Shown: positions 17,942 through 28,500 of the stretch, piece after piece | Layout: the number at the start of each line of letters is the position of its first letter | Position numbering within the stretch: position 1 is the first letter of the stretch | Source: Platydemus manokwari | Taxonomy: Eukaryota | Assembly (NCBI GenBank): GCA_037951405.1 | Contig: JBBMOY010000013.1 | Coordinates: 1 to 36,369 of the forward strand | Direction of reading: 5' to 3' | Length of the DNA stretch: 36,369 nucleotides | Program-made: the position numbers and the translations under genes | The notes under the pieces: model-generated | Seen by the model: only the letters and a program-made list of their open reading frames with translations | What the model was told of the DNA's origin: nothing | Databases searched by the model: none

Positions 17942-18580
17942 ATGGCTACTACTGTTACTAGCACCAAAGAAACCCTGATGAAAGATGTGTCTGAAGCTAT
18001 TGCAGCCGCTCGTGATTTAGGTATGAACGACTATGCCGATCAACTTCAGGTTCAGTTAGATGAATATGGTTATTTAACTGAGGAAGAAGCTGAGCGTGCT
18101 TATGCTTTTTATAAGGAAGCCAAAGAGAAACCTTTAACCCATGGTTTCTTTAATGGTCATGTTGTCAAAGCAGATAGCACTGCCAAGAAGTGGGCAACTC
18201 GTTATCGTTATAAGTTGCGTGGCTTTGATGATCTCTATCTACATGTGGGTTCTGAATCCCGTGCTGGTAGCGCTACTGTGTTATCCATTCTGGTTGATAT
18301 CCTTGAAGGTATTGAAAAGAACCGGATGATCAATTTTGAGTACACTTATACTCGTTTTACAGATATCGTTCCAATGCGACCATTAACTCAGTATAACAAT
18401 GTTTCACCTGTTATCGCTTTAAGTGTTGAAGTTCGTCGTTTCAAGTTTGGTGAACAAGTTATCATTAAACTGTTCGAAGCGTGTGGTCGTTCTGAGTATG
18501 TTCAATTCGATTCTACCTATGCCGGTATCCGTGAAGTTGTTAAAGGATTCCGTACTGCAATTAAACGTTTAGAGAAATAA
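17942..18580 (+). CDS. Hypothetical protein
   Basis: Likely start at ATG 17942, directly after the zinc-ribbon ORF stop. Confidence 0.75.
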   Translation: MATTVTSTKETLMKDVSEAIAAARDLGMNDYADQLQVQLDEYGYLTEEEAERAYAFYKEAKEKPLTHGFFNGHVVKADSTAKKWATRYRYKLRGFDDLYLHVGSESRAGSATVLSILVDILEGIEKNRMINFEYTYTRFTDIVPMRPLTQYNNVSPVIALSVEVRRFKFGEQVIIKLFEACGRSEYVQFDSTYAGIREVVKGFRTAIKRLEK

Positions 18581-18590
18581 GGAATATCGC

Positions 18591-18782
18591 ATGGTTAACA
18601 AAGCTCAACTTGTAGCACGTCTTCGTCACGGTATGTTGAAAATGTCCATGCCGAAATTGAAGATGATCATCGAGATGGAAATTGAACACATCGAACGTAT
18701 GTCTGAAGAAGAGTTTCAGGCATATGCCCGTAAGAAAGCCGATCAATTGGCTAACCGCAATATCGTAACTAAGAAAATCTAA
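18591..18782 (+). CDS. Hypothetical protein
   Basis: TAAGGA SD; 63 aa. Confidence 0.75.
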   Translation: MVNKAQLVARLRHGMLKMSMPKLKMIIEMEIEHIERMSEEEFQAYARKKADQLANRNIVTKKI

Positions 18783-18798
18783 CTTTAAGGATAAACAA

Positions 18799-19173
18799 AT
18801 GAAAGAGCAATTCAAAGCAACACGTCGTCAGTTAATCGAGTCTATGAAGGCTTTGCGTGAATCACGTAACGCACTGAAAGGTTTGAAAGGCGTTTCTGCT
18901 AAGTGGGACGAACTGACCAAGCAGATGGATACCACTCAGGATAAGATCGATAGTCTGTCTTTGGCCCTGGGTTATCCTGTTAAAGAACGTGTTGTTACTA
19001 AACGTGATGGTAAGTTTAAGTCTCCAACAATTAACAAAGGTAGTTTGAGTTGTAATAACGAGTGGGCCAAAGCGATTATCTATGACGGCAATAGAACAAT
19101 CGCAACTGGTAACACTACCGAAGCGCAATGCGGTAACTACCTGACCCCTACTAAGGCTAATCCATCTAAGTAA
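18799..19173 (+). CDS. Hypothetical protein (N-terminal coiled coil)
   Basis: TAAGGA SD; 124 aa. Confidence 0.75.
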   Translation: MKEQFKATRRQLIESMKALRESRNALKGLKGVSAKWDELTKQMDTTQDKIDSLSLALGYPVKERVVTKRDGKFKSPTINKGSLSCNNEWAKAIIYDGNRTIATGNTTEAQCGNYLTPTKANPSK

Positions 19174-19219
19174 TCATAGATGAAGTGCCTCATATTAACC
19201 TAACGAAAAGAGAAGCAAA

Positions 19220-19855
19220 ATGGCTAAGCAAAAGAAACCACGTAATAAAACTTATGCACCACTGCGTGCGCGTGTCAAACATGTTCAGACAATTCTGAAT
19301 CATGCTATCAGCAAGTTCTACATGATCGGTGATATGAACCACGTTCCTACATCGTTCCACCTCAGTGATGTACAACTCCATTTGAAACCTGCTGATGCGG
19401 TAATCGCGTACCAAGAAGTTGCTAAGTTTTTGTACGGAGAAAACAGGCCATGGGGAATTGGTATCTACCACTTCTTCGATATTGACGGCAGTATTGATGT
19501 TGTTCCTGCGGTTATTCAAATGGATGACACTAACCTCCGTGAAGTAGCACTAGCAGTTGATGATCATGTTGCAGCCACTAAAGCCGCAATACTTGAATCG
19601 GATGATTGCTATACCGAGGATTCCCATATCTTCTATGGTTATTATATTAACTATGGGGATAACTTGAGTTGGGACGCAATGGAAGGAGATATCATTGAGG
19701 CATTCATGAAAGTGAATAATGATCTTTCTGATATTAAACCTGAAGTTGTGAAGTGTACGCCAGATCTGGTATTGGAAGCATTACGTAATGAGAAATTTAC
19801 GCCTGCTAATACCATGGCTCTTAAAACCGATATGAAGGAACAGGTCAGTGTCTAA
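19220..19855 (+). CDS. Hypothetical protein
   Basis: 211 aa; basic N-terminus KKPRNKTY. Confidence 0.8.
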   Translation: MAKQKKPRNKTYAPLRARVKHVQTILNHAISKFYMIGDMNHVPTSFHLSDVQLHLKPADAVIAYQEVAKFLYGENRPWGIGIYHFFDIDGSIDVVPAVIQMDDTNLREVALAVDDHVAATKAAILESDDCYTEDSHIFYGYYINYGDNLSWDAMEGDIIEAFMKVNNDLSDIKPEVVKCTPDLVLEALRNEKFTPANTMALKTDMKEQVSV

Positions 19856-20162
19856 TTTACTTTTGATTTTTAATAAGTTCGAAGAACGTACCGAATGTGA
19901 TATAACAACCTTTATTGTTAGCGCTGATATTAATGGCAAGGAACTTAAATATGTTTCTCTTCCATTCAAACAAGCAAAGGTGGATCAGGGTGTTATCAAT
20001 GAAGTAGCTCGTATGGGTTATGCTTCCATTCTTCAGTCGGCAAATGAACATCTGGCTGAGAAAGATAATAAAGAAGTATTCAAGATCCTAAGACGTAATG
20101 ACTTCTTAGCAGATTTAGAGTACTTAGAAGTCCCTGCTGGAATCTTCCGTCCATCCATTTAA
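19848..20162 (+). CDS. Hypothetical protein (paralog family with 20181-20540)
   Basis: GTG start overlapping the upstream stop. Confidence 0.75.
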   Translation: MSNLLLIFNKFEERTECDITTFIVSADINGKELKYVSLPFKQAKVDQGVINEVARMGYASILQSANEHLAEKDNKEVFKILRRNDFLADLEYLEVPAGIFRPSI

Positions 20163-20180
20163 CTTATAGAGAGAAATACC

Positions 20181-20540
20181 ATGAAACATAACCTGACTTT
20201 GACAGATTTGATCATTAATCGTGATGAAGGTCCTTACGCAGACAGAGTTAGTATCGAAATCGTCGCTACAATCAACGGTAACATGATCAGACACATTTCC
20301 CGTCCATTCGTACCATATATGAATGAAGACGTTGAGATAGAGTTTAAGGACGCTCTGGGTGGTATATGTCTTCAGGCTGTTTGTTATCTACAGAACCGTA
20401 ATATCGAAGTGTTCTACCCAGCAGGAATGACTTTGCATGAGAAACTGTCTACGTTCAATCTGAAACAGACAACGCTCTTTAGTAAAGTCATGCACGATGA
20501 ACTTCTCTGGACACATGTCATTACAGAAGCGATCTGGTAA
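20181..20540 (+). CDS. Hypothetical protein
   Basis: GAGAG SD; coupled to the next gene. Confidence 0.75.
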   Translation: MKHNLTLTDLIINRDEGPYADRVSIEIVATINGNMIRHISRPFVPYMNEDVEIEFKDALGGICLQAVCYLQNRNIEVFYPAGMTLHEKLSTFNLKQTTLFSKVMHDELLWTHVITEAIW

Positions 20541-21166
20541 TGGGTAAATTCTTCGAAGTCCATATCGGGACGACGAGGATGGTATTTCTCATTGGTAAGT
20601 ACGCGATTAAAATTCCGGTACTTAATAGTTGGAGGGGGTTCCTTAAGGGACTCCTTGCTAATTGCAATGAGCGTAGCATCTGGCATCTATGTCCTAACTA
20701 CTTTATTCCTGTGTTATGGTCTTTGCCAGGGGGATGGGTAGTTTGCATGCCAAGAGCAAGAACATGTGCTAAGGAGGGTCCTTGGTACTATTGCTTTATG
20801 GCTGATTTATTTCATGGGAACAATGACGATATTACCGAAGCATTAACTGCTCGGCGTTATTGTGAACCCTTCCATAAGAATATTGGTTGGTATAAAGGCA
20901 AACCTATTTGCATAGACTACGGAACTCATTGCATTCCTGATAACACAGAGGAAGCACTTAACAGTGAGCTGTTCTATCTAAAGGTTAAAACCAACCGCCT
21001 GAAAGAGGAAATCTGTAATGCAACAAACACCACTGAAGTACAGCATGTTCAAAAACCCGCTGCTTTGGCTATGGTTTACCATGATCTATCCGTCTCTGCC
21101 GCTAAACATGAAAGGCTACATCGCCTTAAAAGTACTGGGGTATTGGAAATGGAAGAAACAGTTTAA
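20540..21166 (+). CDS. Protein-kinase-like fold protein
   Basis: GTTRMVF..YAIKIP, ANCNE, HKNIG..ICIDYG. Confidence 0.6.
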   Translation: MGKFFEVHIGTTRMVFLIGKYAIKIPVLNSWRGFLKGLLANCNERSIWHLCPNYFIPVLWSLPGGWVVCMPRARTCAKEGPWYYCFMADLFHGNNDDITEALTARRYCEPFHKNIGWYKGKPICIDYGTHCIPDNTEEALNSELFYLKVKTNRLKEEICNATNTTEVQHVQKPAALAMVYHDLSVSAAKHERLHRLKSTGVLEMEETV

Positions 21167-21191
21167 AGACAACCTATTAGGTAATCGGGTT

Positions 21192-21488
21192 GTGAAAGTT
21201 AAATTGCACAGTGATTGGTTCCCTTCTGTTGATAACGAGGGCGGTAAGCATAAACTTCGTAGAGTGTTATTTAAATATGAATATGCTAAATACCCTTGGT
21301 TCTTTCCTAGTGAAGAACGGGAAGGGTATCAGTTCAATACAGAAGTAGCGGTTCCTATAAAGGCAAATACTTATTTTGAAGCTGTAGAGGTTTTTAACTC
21401 AATGCTTTCAGCGGTTAATAAGTATAACAAGCGTATCGCTGCCATAAATGAACACAATCAACTTCGTAATGAAATGGGGATATCATGA
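21192..21488 (+). CDS. Hypothetical protein (start uncertain)
   Basis: An in-frame GTG at 21192 avoids a long overlap; the ORF fills the gap. Confidence 0.6.
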   Translation: MKVKLHSDWFPSVDNEGGKHKLRRVLFKYEYAKYPWFFPSEEREGYQFNTEVAVPIKANTYFEAVEVFNSMLSAVNKYNKRIAAINEHNQLRNEMGIS

Positions 21489-21787
21489 TGTGGCCATTCA
21501 AGAAGGATTATCCTGAGAAAGGAGTTGTGCTATACACTATTAAACGTAAAGAAATAGATAGTACAGCTGGCTGGGCTCCTGAGGTTCGCTATACCTTAAC
21601 CGTAATCGTTGATGGTGTTAAGCGTAAAGTATCCCATCAAAATGAACGGCATATGACTATTCCTCAATTCCAACGCTTGGTAGAGCGAGCCGTGGATAAT
21701 GGTAAGTCATATAAAGAGATCGTGTCTGATCCTAATTTTCTTTTACATCCAAAGTTCATGAAAACTTTTGGTGTTAATTACTTATAG
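21485..21787 (+). CDS. Hypothetical protein
   Basis: ATGA overlap; 100 aa. Confidence 0.75.
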   Translation: MMWPFKKDYPEKGVVLYTIKRKEIDSTAGWAPEVRYTLTVIVDGVKRKVSHQNERHMTIPQFQRLVERAVDNGKSYKEIVSDPNFLLHPKFMKTFGVNYL

Positions 21788-21796
21788 AGAGATAAA

Positions 21797-23185
21797 ATGA
21801 AAAAGTTATATATTGAGAAGTTAGTAAGGACAGTTACCATCCTTGGTACTACCGCAACCCTGACTCTGTCCGATGAATCAGGTAACAAATCAACAGTATC
21901 AGGACTCATTCCAGGTTCTCAACCCTTTATATCTGATGATCTTAATCCAAGTGCACATAACTTATTTCAATTAGTGAAGAATTGTGCTGCTGGGTTGGTT
22001 ACCAACGATCCAGAAGAACAATTACTTTTTCGTGATATGACGCTTAGGGATTTCAAAAATGGATACGTTATCGGTAATCATATTGGTGCACATGTCACTC
22101 TGAACACGGTTGATTGGATTGGGGATATCTTGTCCATGGGCGGCAAAGAAAGACCTGAACCCATTATCGTCACTCATTTCAACTCCGAGGGTTGTGGGAT
22201 GACCTCTACCTGCGTGATACAAGCAATTTATAAAGGTGCTGTTCATGTAGGTCGCCGTATGTCTATGTTGGAATCCTTCAACGTTATGCTGTGTAACGCA
22301 ATTGGTGGAGATACTGTACGGGAAGCGATTCCATCGGGTTTAAACATTAACGAGATGGTGGAGAAATTTAACATTCAATTTAGCCCTGACTTTGTTCCTA
22401 ACCAAATGTATACCAAAGAAGCCGCTGCTATATTGACCGCCATTTGTAACAATACTCCTAAACAAGAAAAGGAAACAAAAGTGAAAGACGACAAAATTGC
22501 AAAATTATCACTCCAAGAAATTGACACTAACTCCAATGGTGACTGGACTGTTAAAATAGGCATTGACCAATTTACTCGTGCGCCGTTCTCGATCAAGTTC
22601 ATTGTTACGTCACGTAACAACTCTGATCATCCTACCCGCACTAATGCTGTCACGGTATTGCGCCAGAACGTCATTAATTCACTTCCACTCACTTTAGAAA
22701 TGGAAGATAAACTGACAACCATGAATAATGATGAATGGCATGCTCAATTTGCCTTTGCTATTGACAAATCTGCTAACCGTGGGTTCCCTAAAAATAATCA
22801 TGGCGCACAGATGCTTGGTTTGTTGAGCTTCTTTACTAAAGTCAATGCCAAACCTAATCTCATCGAAGAGATGGTAGGATTGATGTATAATAAAGATCGC
22901 ACTTGGGATCCAGAAGCACAAGGTGCGAAAAACATGTCTGGTCAAGTATCGGGTGCGGAAGTGAGTGTTCGGATGTTCCACACTCTGGGCAATTATTTCT
23001 GTGAAGGAAATGTAGAGACTGTGAAGTTTCGTTTGCTGAAAACTCAAAGTCAGCTCCAGGTATTCTTGTGCTATCCGGGAAATAATTATGGGGAACGTCC
23101 TGACGTGTTAAATGTCAATGAACCGGAAGAACTGGTTAAGTACTTCATGCTCTTTGTTAAATCCGAAGTCGCACAGAAACAGTAA
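21797..23185 (+). CDS. Hypothetical multi-domain protein
   Basis: 462 aa; possible internal SD plus GTG at 22481. Confidence 0.8.
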   Translation: MKKLYIEKLVRTVTILGTTATLTLSDESGNKSTVSGLIPGSQPFISDDLNPSAHNLFQLVKNCAAGLVTNDPEEQLLFRDMTLRDFKNGYVIGNHIGAHVTLNTVDWIGDILSMGGKERPEPIIVTHFNSEGCGMTSTCVIQAIYKGAVHVGRRMSMLESFNVMLCNAIGGDTVREAIPSGLNINEMVEKFNIQFSPDFVPNQMYTKEAAAILTAICNNTPKQEKETKVKDDKIAKLSLQEIDTNSNGDWTVKIGIDQFTRAPFSIKFIVTSRNNSDHPTRTNAVTVLRQNVINSLPLTLEMEDKLTTMNNDEWHAQFAFAIDKSANRGFPKNNHGAQMLGLLSFFTKVNAKPNLIEEMVGLMYNKDRTWDPEAQGAKNMSGQVSGAEVSVRMFHTLGNYFCEGNVETVKFRLLKTQSQLQVFLCYPGNNYGERPDVLNVNEPEELVKYFMLFVKSEVAQKQ

Positions 23186-23219
23186 ATAAACTTTTAGATA
23201 ACCTACAGAGGTAGTATAA

Positions 23220-23558
23220 ATGAAACGCGTTATTCTTGTTGTAGCTCTGGTTCTGATTGCTGTTGGTTTTATGATGGATGGTAAAGAAGTACGGGCTGAG
23301 AATATCGAAGGTAGTCATTATGTAGTTGGCACCGTTGAGGCCGTTGAAGGTTGTTATACAAACACCAAACGCGAATCAGTATGCCTGGGTGTTGTGGACG
23401 TTAAAGATGTGAGGAAAGCCGCTAAGTTTCACGGTGATATTGAAAGAGGTCGTAAAGTATATAAGGAATGCACTACTGTTTCTGGCAATACGGTCTGTAC
23501 CGCGGACTGGTTTACTTCTGTAGGTGAAGTTTATTTACAAGGCGGTGAATTAAATTAA
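23220..23558 (+). CDS. Putative exported or membrane-anchored small protein
   Basis: MKRVILVVALVLIAVG signal-like N-terminus; four Cys in two pairs; GAGG SD. Confidence 0.75.
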   Translation: MKRVILVVALVLIAVGFMMDGKEVRAENIEGSHYVVGTVEAVEGCYTNTKRESVCLGVVDVKDVRKAAKFHGDIERGRKVYKECTTVSGNTVCTADWFTSVGEVYLQGGELN

Positions 23559-23564
23559 GCATAA

Positions 23565-23596
23565 TAGCTACTCTACCCAAATGGGTAGAGTAGCTA
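23565..23596. terminator. Terminator hairpin between convergent operons
   Basis: Perfect 14-bp stem TAGCTACTCTACCC-AAAT-GGGTAGAGTAGCTA. Confidence 0.85.
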
Positions 23597-23619
23597 GTTT
23601 AATCACTTATTTATTTTTG

Positions 23620-24288
23620 TTACTGGAACTGAACATCAAAACGATTGGTCGGGATTTCACCATCGTTAATGTTGGTATTCAGAACCACGTCAGTTTGCAG
23701 AGTGAACGGAGTACCACCATGCGTACCAGTAACCGTAACAGCAGCAGTTGCAGTAACCACAGCGTCAGTAGCAGACTGGATAGATTTGAACGTGTAAGTA
23801 CCACCTTCACTGGAGAACTCAAACTTATCAGCGATGCTTTCAGGAGTAACGGTAACACCGGTTACAGAACTGGTGATGTCCTCAGCGCCTTTCATTACTT
23901 TAAATGTCAGGTTCTGAGTGGCCCACAGGTTCATTGTCAGCGGAGTACTAACATCAGAAAGCGCTGCCGCTTCAACAACATTAATGGTCAGACTAACTGT
24001 CTTGGTAGACTTACCCCAGTTTTCAGTATCGGCATGTTCAGCACCTGCATCAGCATATTTGAATACAACCGTTGCATCTTGAACACCCACAGCAACTGCG
24101 GTCATTACGAATGATACAGTACCTGCACCAGTATCTGGGGTACCAGCACCCAGAGTGATCAGACCTTTCAGATCACTAGCTGCTTCATCAATGGTAACTT
24201 TGCCAGGAACACCAACACCTTCGAAAGTAGGTTTGATGACCATTGCAGAGACTTGACCATTATCAAGCGTATACGACTTATCGCTCAT
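23620..24288 (-). CDS. Small two-domain Ig-like virion fibre protein (candidate self-polymerising major subunit)
   Basis: 222 aa, T/V/A-rich beta protein; TAAGGA SD; C-terminal half aligns with that of 24302-25549. Confidence 0.75.
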   Translation of the reverse strand: MSDKSYTLDNGQVSAMVIKPTFEGVGVPGKVTIDEAASDLKGLITLGAGTPDTGAGTVSFVMTAVAVGVQDATVVFKYADAGAEHADTENWGKSTKTVSLTINVVEAAALSDVSTPLTMNLWATQNLTFKVMKGAEDITSSVTGVTVTPESIADKFEFSSEGGTYTFKSIQSATDAVVTATAAVTVTGTHGGTPFTLQTDVVLNTNINDGEIPTNRFDVQFQ

Positions 24289-24301
24289 TTTATATCCTTA
24301 A

Positions 24302-25549
24302 TTATAGAAACTCAACGTTGAACCGATTGGTTGGAATCTCGCCGTTGTTTATTTCCGTTGTTAAACTCACGGTCTGACTCATAACATGCTCCGTACCACC
24401 ATCCATAAAGGTGAAGTTTAATGTAGCAGAAGCAGTCAACTGAGCAGTGGTTGAAGAAGAGATTGCTTTAATACCCCAACTGTCATCAGAGAGTTTCACC
24501 AGTTCATATTTGGACGAAACTTCTGGAGTGTCAGTCATGGTGATGTTTGAGATTGGACCACTGATATCTGCACCATTATTGGTAATAGTAAATGCCAGAG
24601 GTTTGGTTTCCCACAACTTAAGTGTCAATGGGGTAGGGGTAATGGTAATTCCCGGCGCATAGATTCTGCTTGGGACATTAACGGTGGAAATATTTTTACC
24701 TACAATCAAGTCGGTAGTTGAAGTTCCTAGTGATATTCTCAGATCCTGTTCCGATACTTGATCTGGAGCGGTTAGTTCAATTTCAAAACGATTTAATAAA
24801 GTTCCACCAGTTCCGCCAGATGTAAATGGATAAATTGTAGAATGTGCTTTCAAGAAAGAGACATTCTTAACTGGGTTATAGTAACCTTTATAGAAAATAT
24901 CAATAAAGATACTTTTCTTAGTTCCTTTAGCAACAAGGAATGGTGTCGGGTCTTTATATTCAGCTTTGATTTGTGTTCCATCATAAGGCGCAATAATAAA
25001 GTTACCACTTGCATTCCGGACCATTTGAGCTGGATCTATCGACGCCGGAAGCTTGAATGTGTAATCTACAGTAACAGTTTTCTCAGGGCCTACAGCTACC
25101 TGAGCCAACCACCAATATTTATTCATGGCAACTGGAGTGCCTGGAGCATATGAGTAATCCAGAATTTCAGGAACAGCACCACGAGTCACATCAGTCAACT
25201 GACTGGTAACATCGACACCGTCATGCCAAACTTGGAATGGTAATGCATTGCCATTTTCCCAAGCTTTAACATGAAGATCTGCCGGACGAACTTCGTAATC
25301 AACTTGGACTACGGTATGTTTAAATGTACAAGGGACCTTAACTTCATAGCGCCCCTGGTATGTAAATGTGAGGTTCAGGTTGTATAACGCCTCTTGTGTA
25401 ACCCCGCCCTTAAATTCATAGGTGATCGAGTCATCCTGAATAGAAGCGATCTGGACGCTCGGGTGAGCGTCCAGTGTGATTACCATTTGAGGATCATTAT
25501 TACTAATTACCTGACCAGCTATACGAACACTACTTTTTAGCGTGGTCAT
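24302..25549 (-). CDS. Ig-like repeat virion fibre protein (candidate adaptor)
   Basis: 415 aa; N-terminus like 25561-29049, C-terminus like 23620-24288. Confidence 0.75.
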   Translation of the reverse strand: MTTLKSSVRIAGQVISNNDPQMVITLDAHPSVQIASIQDDSITYEFKGGVTQEALYNLNLTFTYQGRYEVKVPCTFKHTVVQVDYEVRPADLHVKAWENGNALPFQVWHDGVDVTSQLTDVTRGAVPEILDYSYAPGTPVAMNKYWWLAQVAVGPEKTVTVDYTFKLPASIDPAQMVRNASGNFIIAPYDGTQIKAEYKDPTPFLVAKGTKKSIFIDIFYKGYYNPVKNVSFLKAHSTIYPFTSGGTGGTLLNRFEIELTAPDQVSEQDLRISLGTSTTDLIVGKNISTVNVPSRIYAPGITITPTPLTLKLWETKPLAFTITNNGADISGPISNITMTDTPEVSSKYELVKLSDDSWGIKAISSSTTAQLTASATLNFTFMDGGTEHVMSQTVSLTTEINNGEIPTNRFNVEFL

Positions 25550-25560
25550 TCATGATTCCT

Positions 25561-28500
25561 TTATTCTGGAAGTTTAACGTTTTGAACAACGGTAACAGTT
25601 TGCTTACTATTACCTTCGATGTCCTTAATGAATCCATCGCCAAGTTCGAGAGGATACATTCCTACAGTTAATTGAATACTTGCTGGATATTCAAACTCAC
25701 CATCTTTAATAGTGAATGAGAACAATGCAGTACCCGCAGCTTTAGCTGTAGCATTGAAGGAGATCGTGCCGTCATTGTTGTTGACGAGATCTGCAACAGT
25801 AAACAGGTTATTCTCAACAGTCGGATTCAAAATCTGGGTATTTGCCAGGTTCTCAGATGGATCACCCCAACGGTTCTGATGGATCTGCAACGTAACCGGA
25901 GTTACGAGATTAGGTCCTAACAGAGTGTTGTCGTTGTTGGTTACAACGATAGGTGTTTTGTTGACTTGTACAGAAATGCTACCATTACGGTACAATCCAT
26001 CAATATCACTCAGGTGAAGCATCTTGATTCTAGCATAATCACCGGTCCAACCAGTTTTAAGATCGAAACTGAAATCAGCCGTATTTCCAACCTGAACAGC
26101 TTTAGCAGTATCCTTATTAAAGAAAGGATTTCCGGTAACAGGGTTATTATAGTTACGTTGCCAAATTAACTTACCCGTCATTGGAGAGTTATCAAGCCCG
26201 TTTAGGAACTTATCATTAACAACAGCTTCCGTACTACCCTCTCTGGTTTGACGTACGCCAAAGTTGATGTTGGAGTTCATGTTGGCACCAGCTGTCTTGT
26301 TGATATCCAACCTGACATCGGCTTGGTCCAGTTCACCATAAGTATATGAAGGATCGGAAATCAACCGATACTTAATATAGAACCCTTTGAACCCATCAGT
26401 ATCTTGTCGTATCTTAATGAAGAGTTTCCCTTCATCATCAACACCGACAATCTCAGGTAGTTCTGCAACATCTCTTGTTGAAAGAGAGTAATCAATATCT
26501 GGATCTGTAGGATCCATCTCAATGCCGTCTTTCAAGAATACCAGTTTTTGTGGTGTACCATTTCTATTTCTCAGCATCGGGTTGATAGAGAAACGACGAC
26601 CTTCAACTATACCGCTACCGTTATACACCATAAACTTTCTAGATGTAATATAAACGCTAGCTGTATCGTCGGCAGTCAATCCAGCGTTTGGTGCACCTTC
26701 TTTAATGGTGTATGTCAGCTTAACAGTTTGGTTCTCAAGCTCTGTCCCAGCAGAGCTGGTCAAGATCACATCACAGTACCCACCTTGGGTGGTAACGGAT
26801 TTAACAGTTATGGTTGGGTTATCAGAAACAACTTCGATAACGTCCCCACCTAAGTTAACTCCACCCATCTGTGCAACCGCTCTAACCATTATGTCAGAAT
26901 CAGACTTACCGTAAACGGTTTTATACTGAGGTTGGATTACAACGCTTAGACCTTCAATAGCTTGAAGCTCGATTCGTTTAGGATAGTGAACATTATTCTC
27001 AACAACGGAGTACGTTACAGAACCTGCGCCTTTAGTACCATTACCGGTAACGGTAATTTTGAATGTACCATTCTCGTTAACAACCGTAGCAGCTTTAACA
27101 GTCCCATCAACACTTATATTCCGGATATCAGTAGAGGTTGCAAAGTTCCAATCTTCTTGACCCAAACGTTCCTGAGACCAAGTAACAAAGACATCAGTCT
27201 TAACACCATCAACAAAGTTGAAGTTGTTGTTCAGGACCGTGGCTGTGATAGGTGCTTGGGCAACTAACTGACTACCCGTTGCTTTGTAGACAATGTTACC
27301 ACCAGGGAGACGAACATATTCGGTCATTTCCGCCAGGGCACCAGTCCAGCCTGTCTTAACATTACGACCAAACCCTATGTTGTTTGTAGTGGTAGGTTTA
27401 TCGAGAAGTTCGATAATTGCGTTACCTGTACTTGGGTTGTTAACGTATTTAGACAGCAAGACTTTATCAACTGTTATATCAGCGGAACCAATTTGATATT
27501 TGTTGTTCATGACAACAGTTTCTTGGTTTGGAGGCAAACTACCTGCTAGTGTGTAGGTACAGTCAGTTACCGCGGCGCCGGTTGGGATGGTAATGATTGG
27601 GGTTGTGGTACCTACACCAGGAACGCCATCGATGGTGATTTGATATTGAATACCTGCTGAGGTTGCAGCACCGGTATAAATCAATTTACCGATAAATCCA
27701 CCATCATACTTATCGATGTATTGGCCAGTTGCTTGAGAAGCTGTAGCCACTACAATCTTAACTTTAGGATCATCAACTTTATATTCCACGCCATTACCAT
27801 CAGAAATGGTAATTGGGTAATCGAAGTATCCTTGTTTCTTGATTGACATATCCCTGCTAGGTGGAAGTACAGTTACCTGTTGCATCGACTTAACAATAAT
27901 AGACTGCATTTGCGTTGTAGATGCACCACCATAACCATAAGTGATATTGGTGAAGTTGTTAATATCGGCGCCAGTGTTGTTGGCATCGAGTATCTTAAAT
28001 GTAACAACTTTTCCAACTTTGGATACCACAGATAACCTGGCTGGATTGGCAATCGTAATCTCTACGTCTTCCATAGAAAGTTGAACACCATCCATAGAAA
28101 TAGTTATGGTCTGTTCAACTTCCTGATTTTGCTTACCAGTTAGTACGGCAGGATTTCTAGCATTAAATACAAGACCTGGCTCATAAGCTTTCATGTCGAC
28201 TTTAATATCAACACGGTTTTTACCTACTACACTGTTTGTGCCATTACCGCCGAATACTAACGTACCTTCACCAGTAAAGCTAGCGCTAGCACCAAACGTT
28301 ACCCAGATCTGCTGCGTATCTTTCTTCAGGTCTTGGCTGGAATAGTTAATTGGTGCAGTTGAAGCGAAGTTTTGTAGGTAACGGACGTAATCAGTGCCAT
28401 CACGATAGTTACGATATTTGAAGGAGAACTTAAGCGGTGTTAACGTCCCAACAGGAATCTTGAACTCTTCAAACAGCGGAGTGATGGTTAACTCTTGTCC

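Noticed and set aside
258-23047. Many short minus-strand and nested ORFs in the track
   Set aside because: They overlap well-supported + strand genes and show no recognisable motifs.
23581-24114. 177-aa + strand ORF
   Set aside because: Antisense shadow of the 222-aa gene; it starts inside the terminator hairpin and has an S/R/N-rich unnatural composition.
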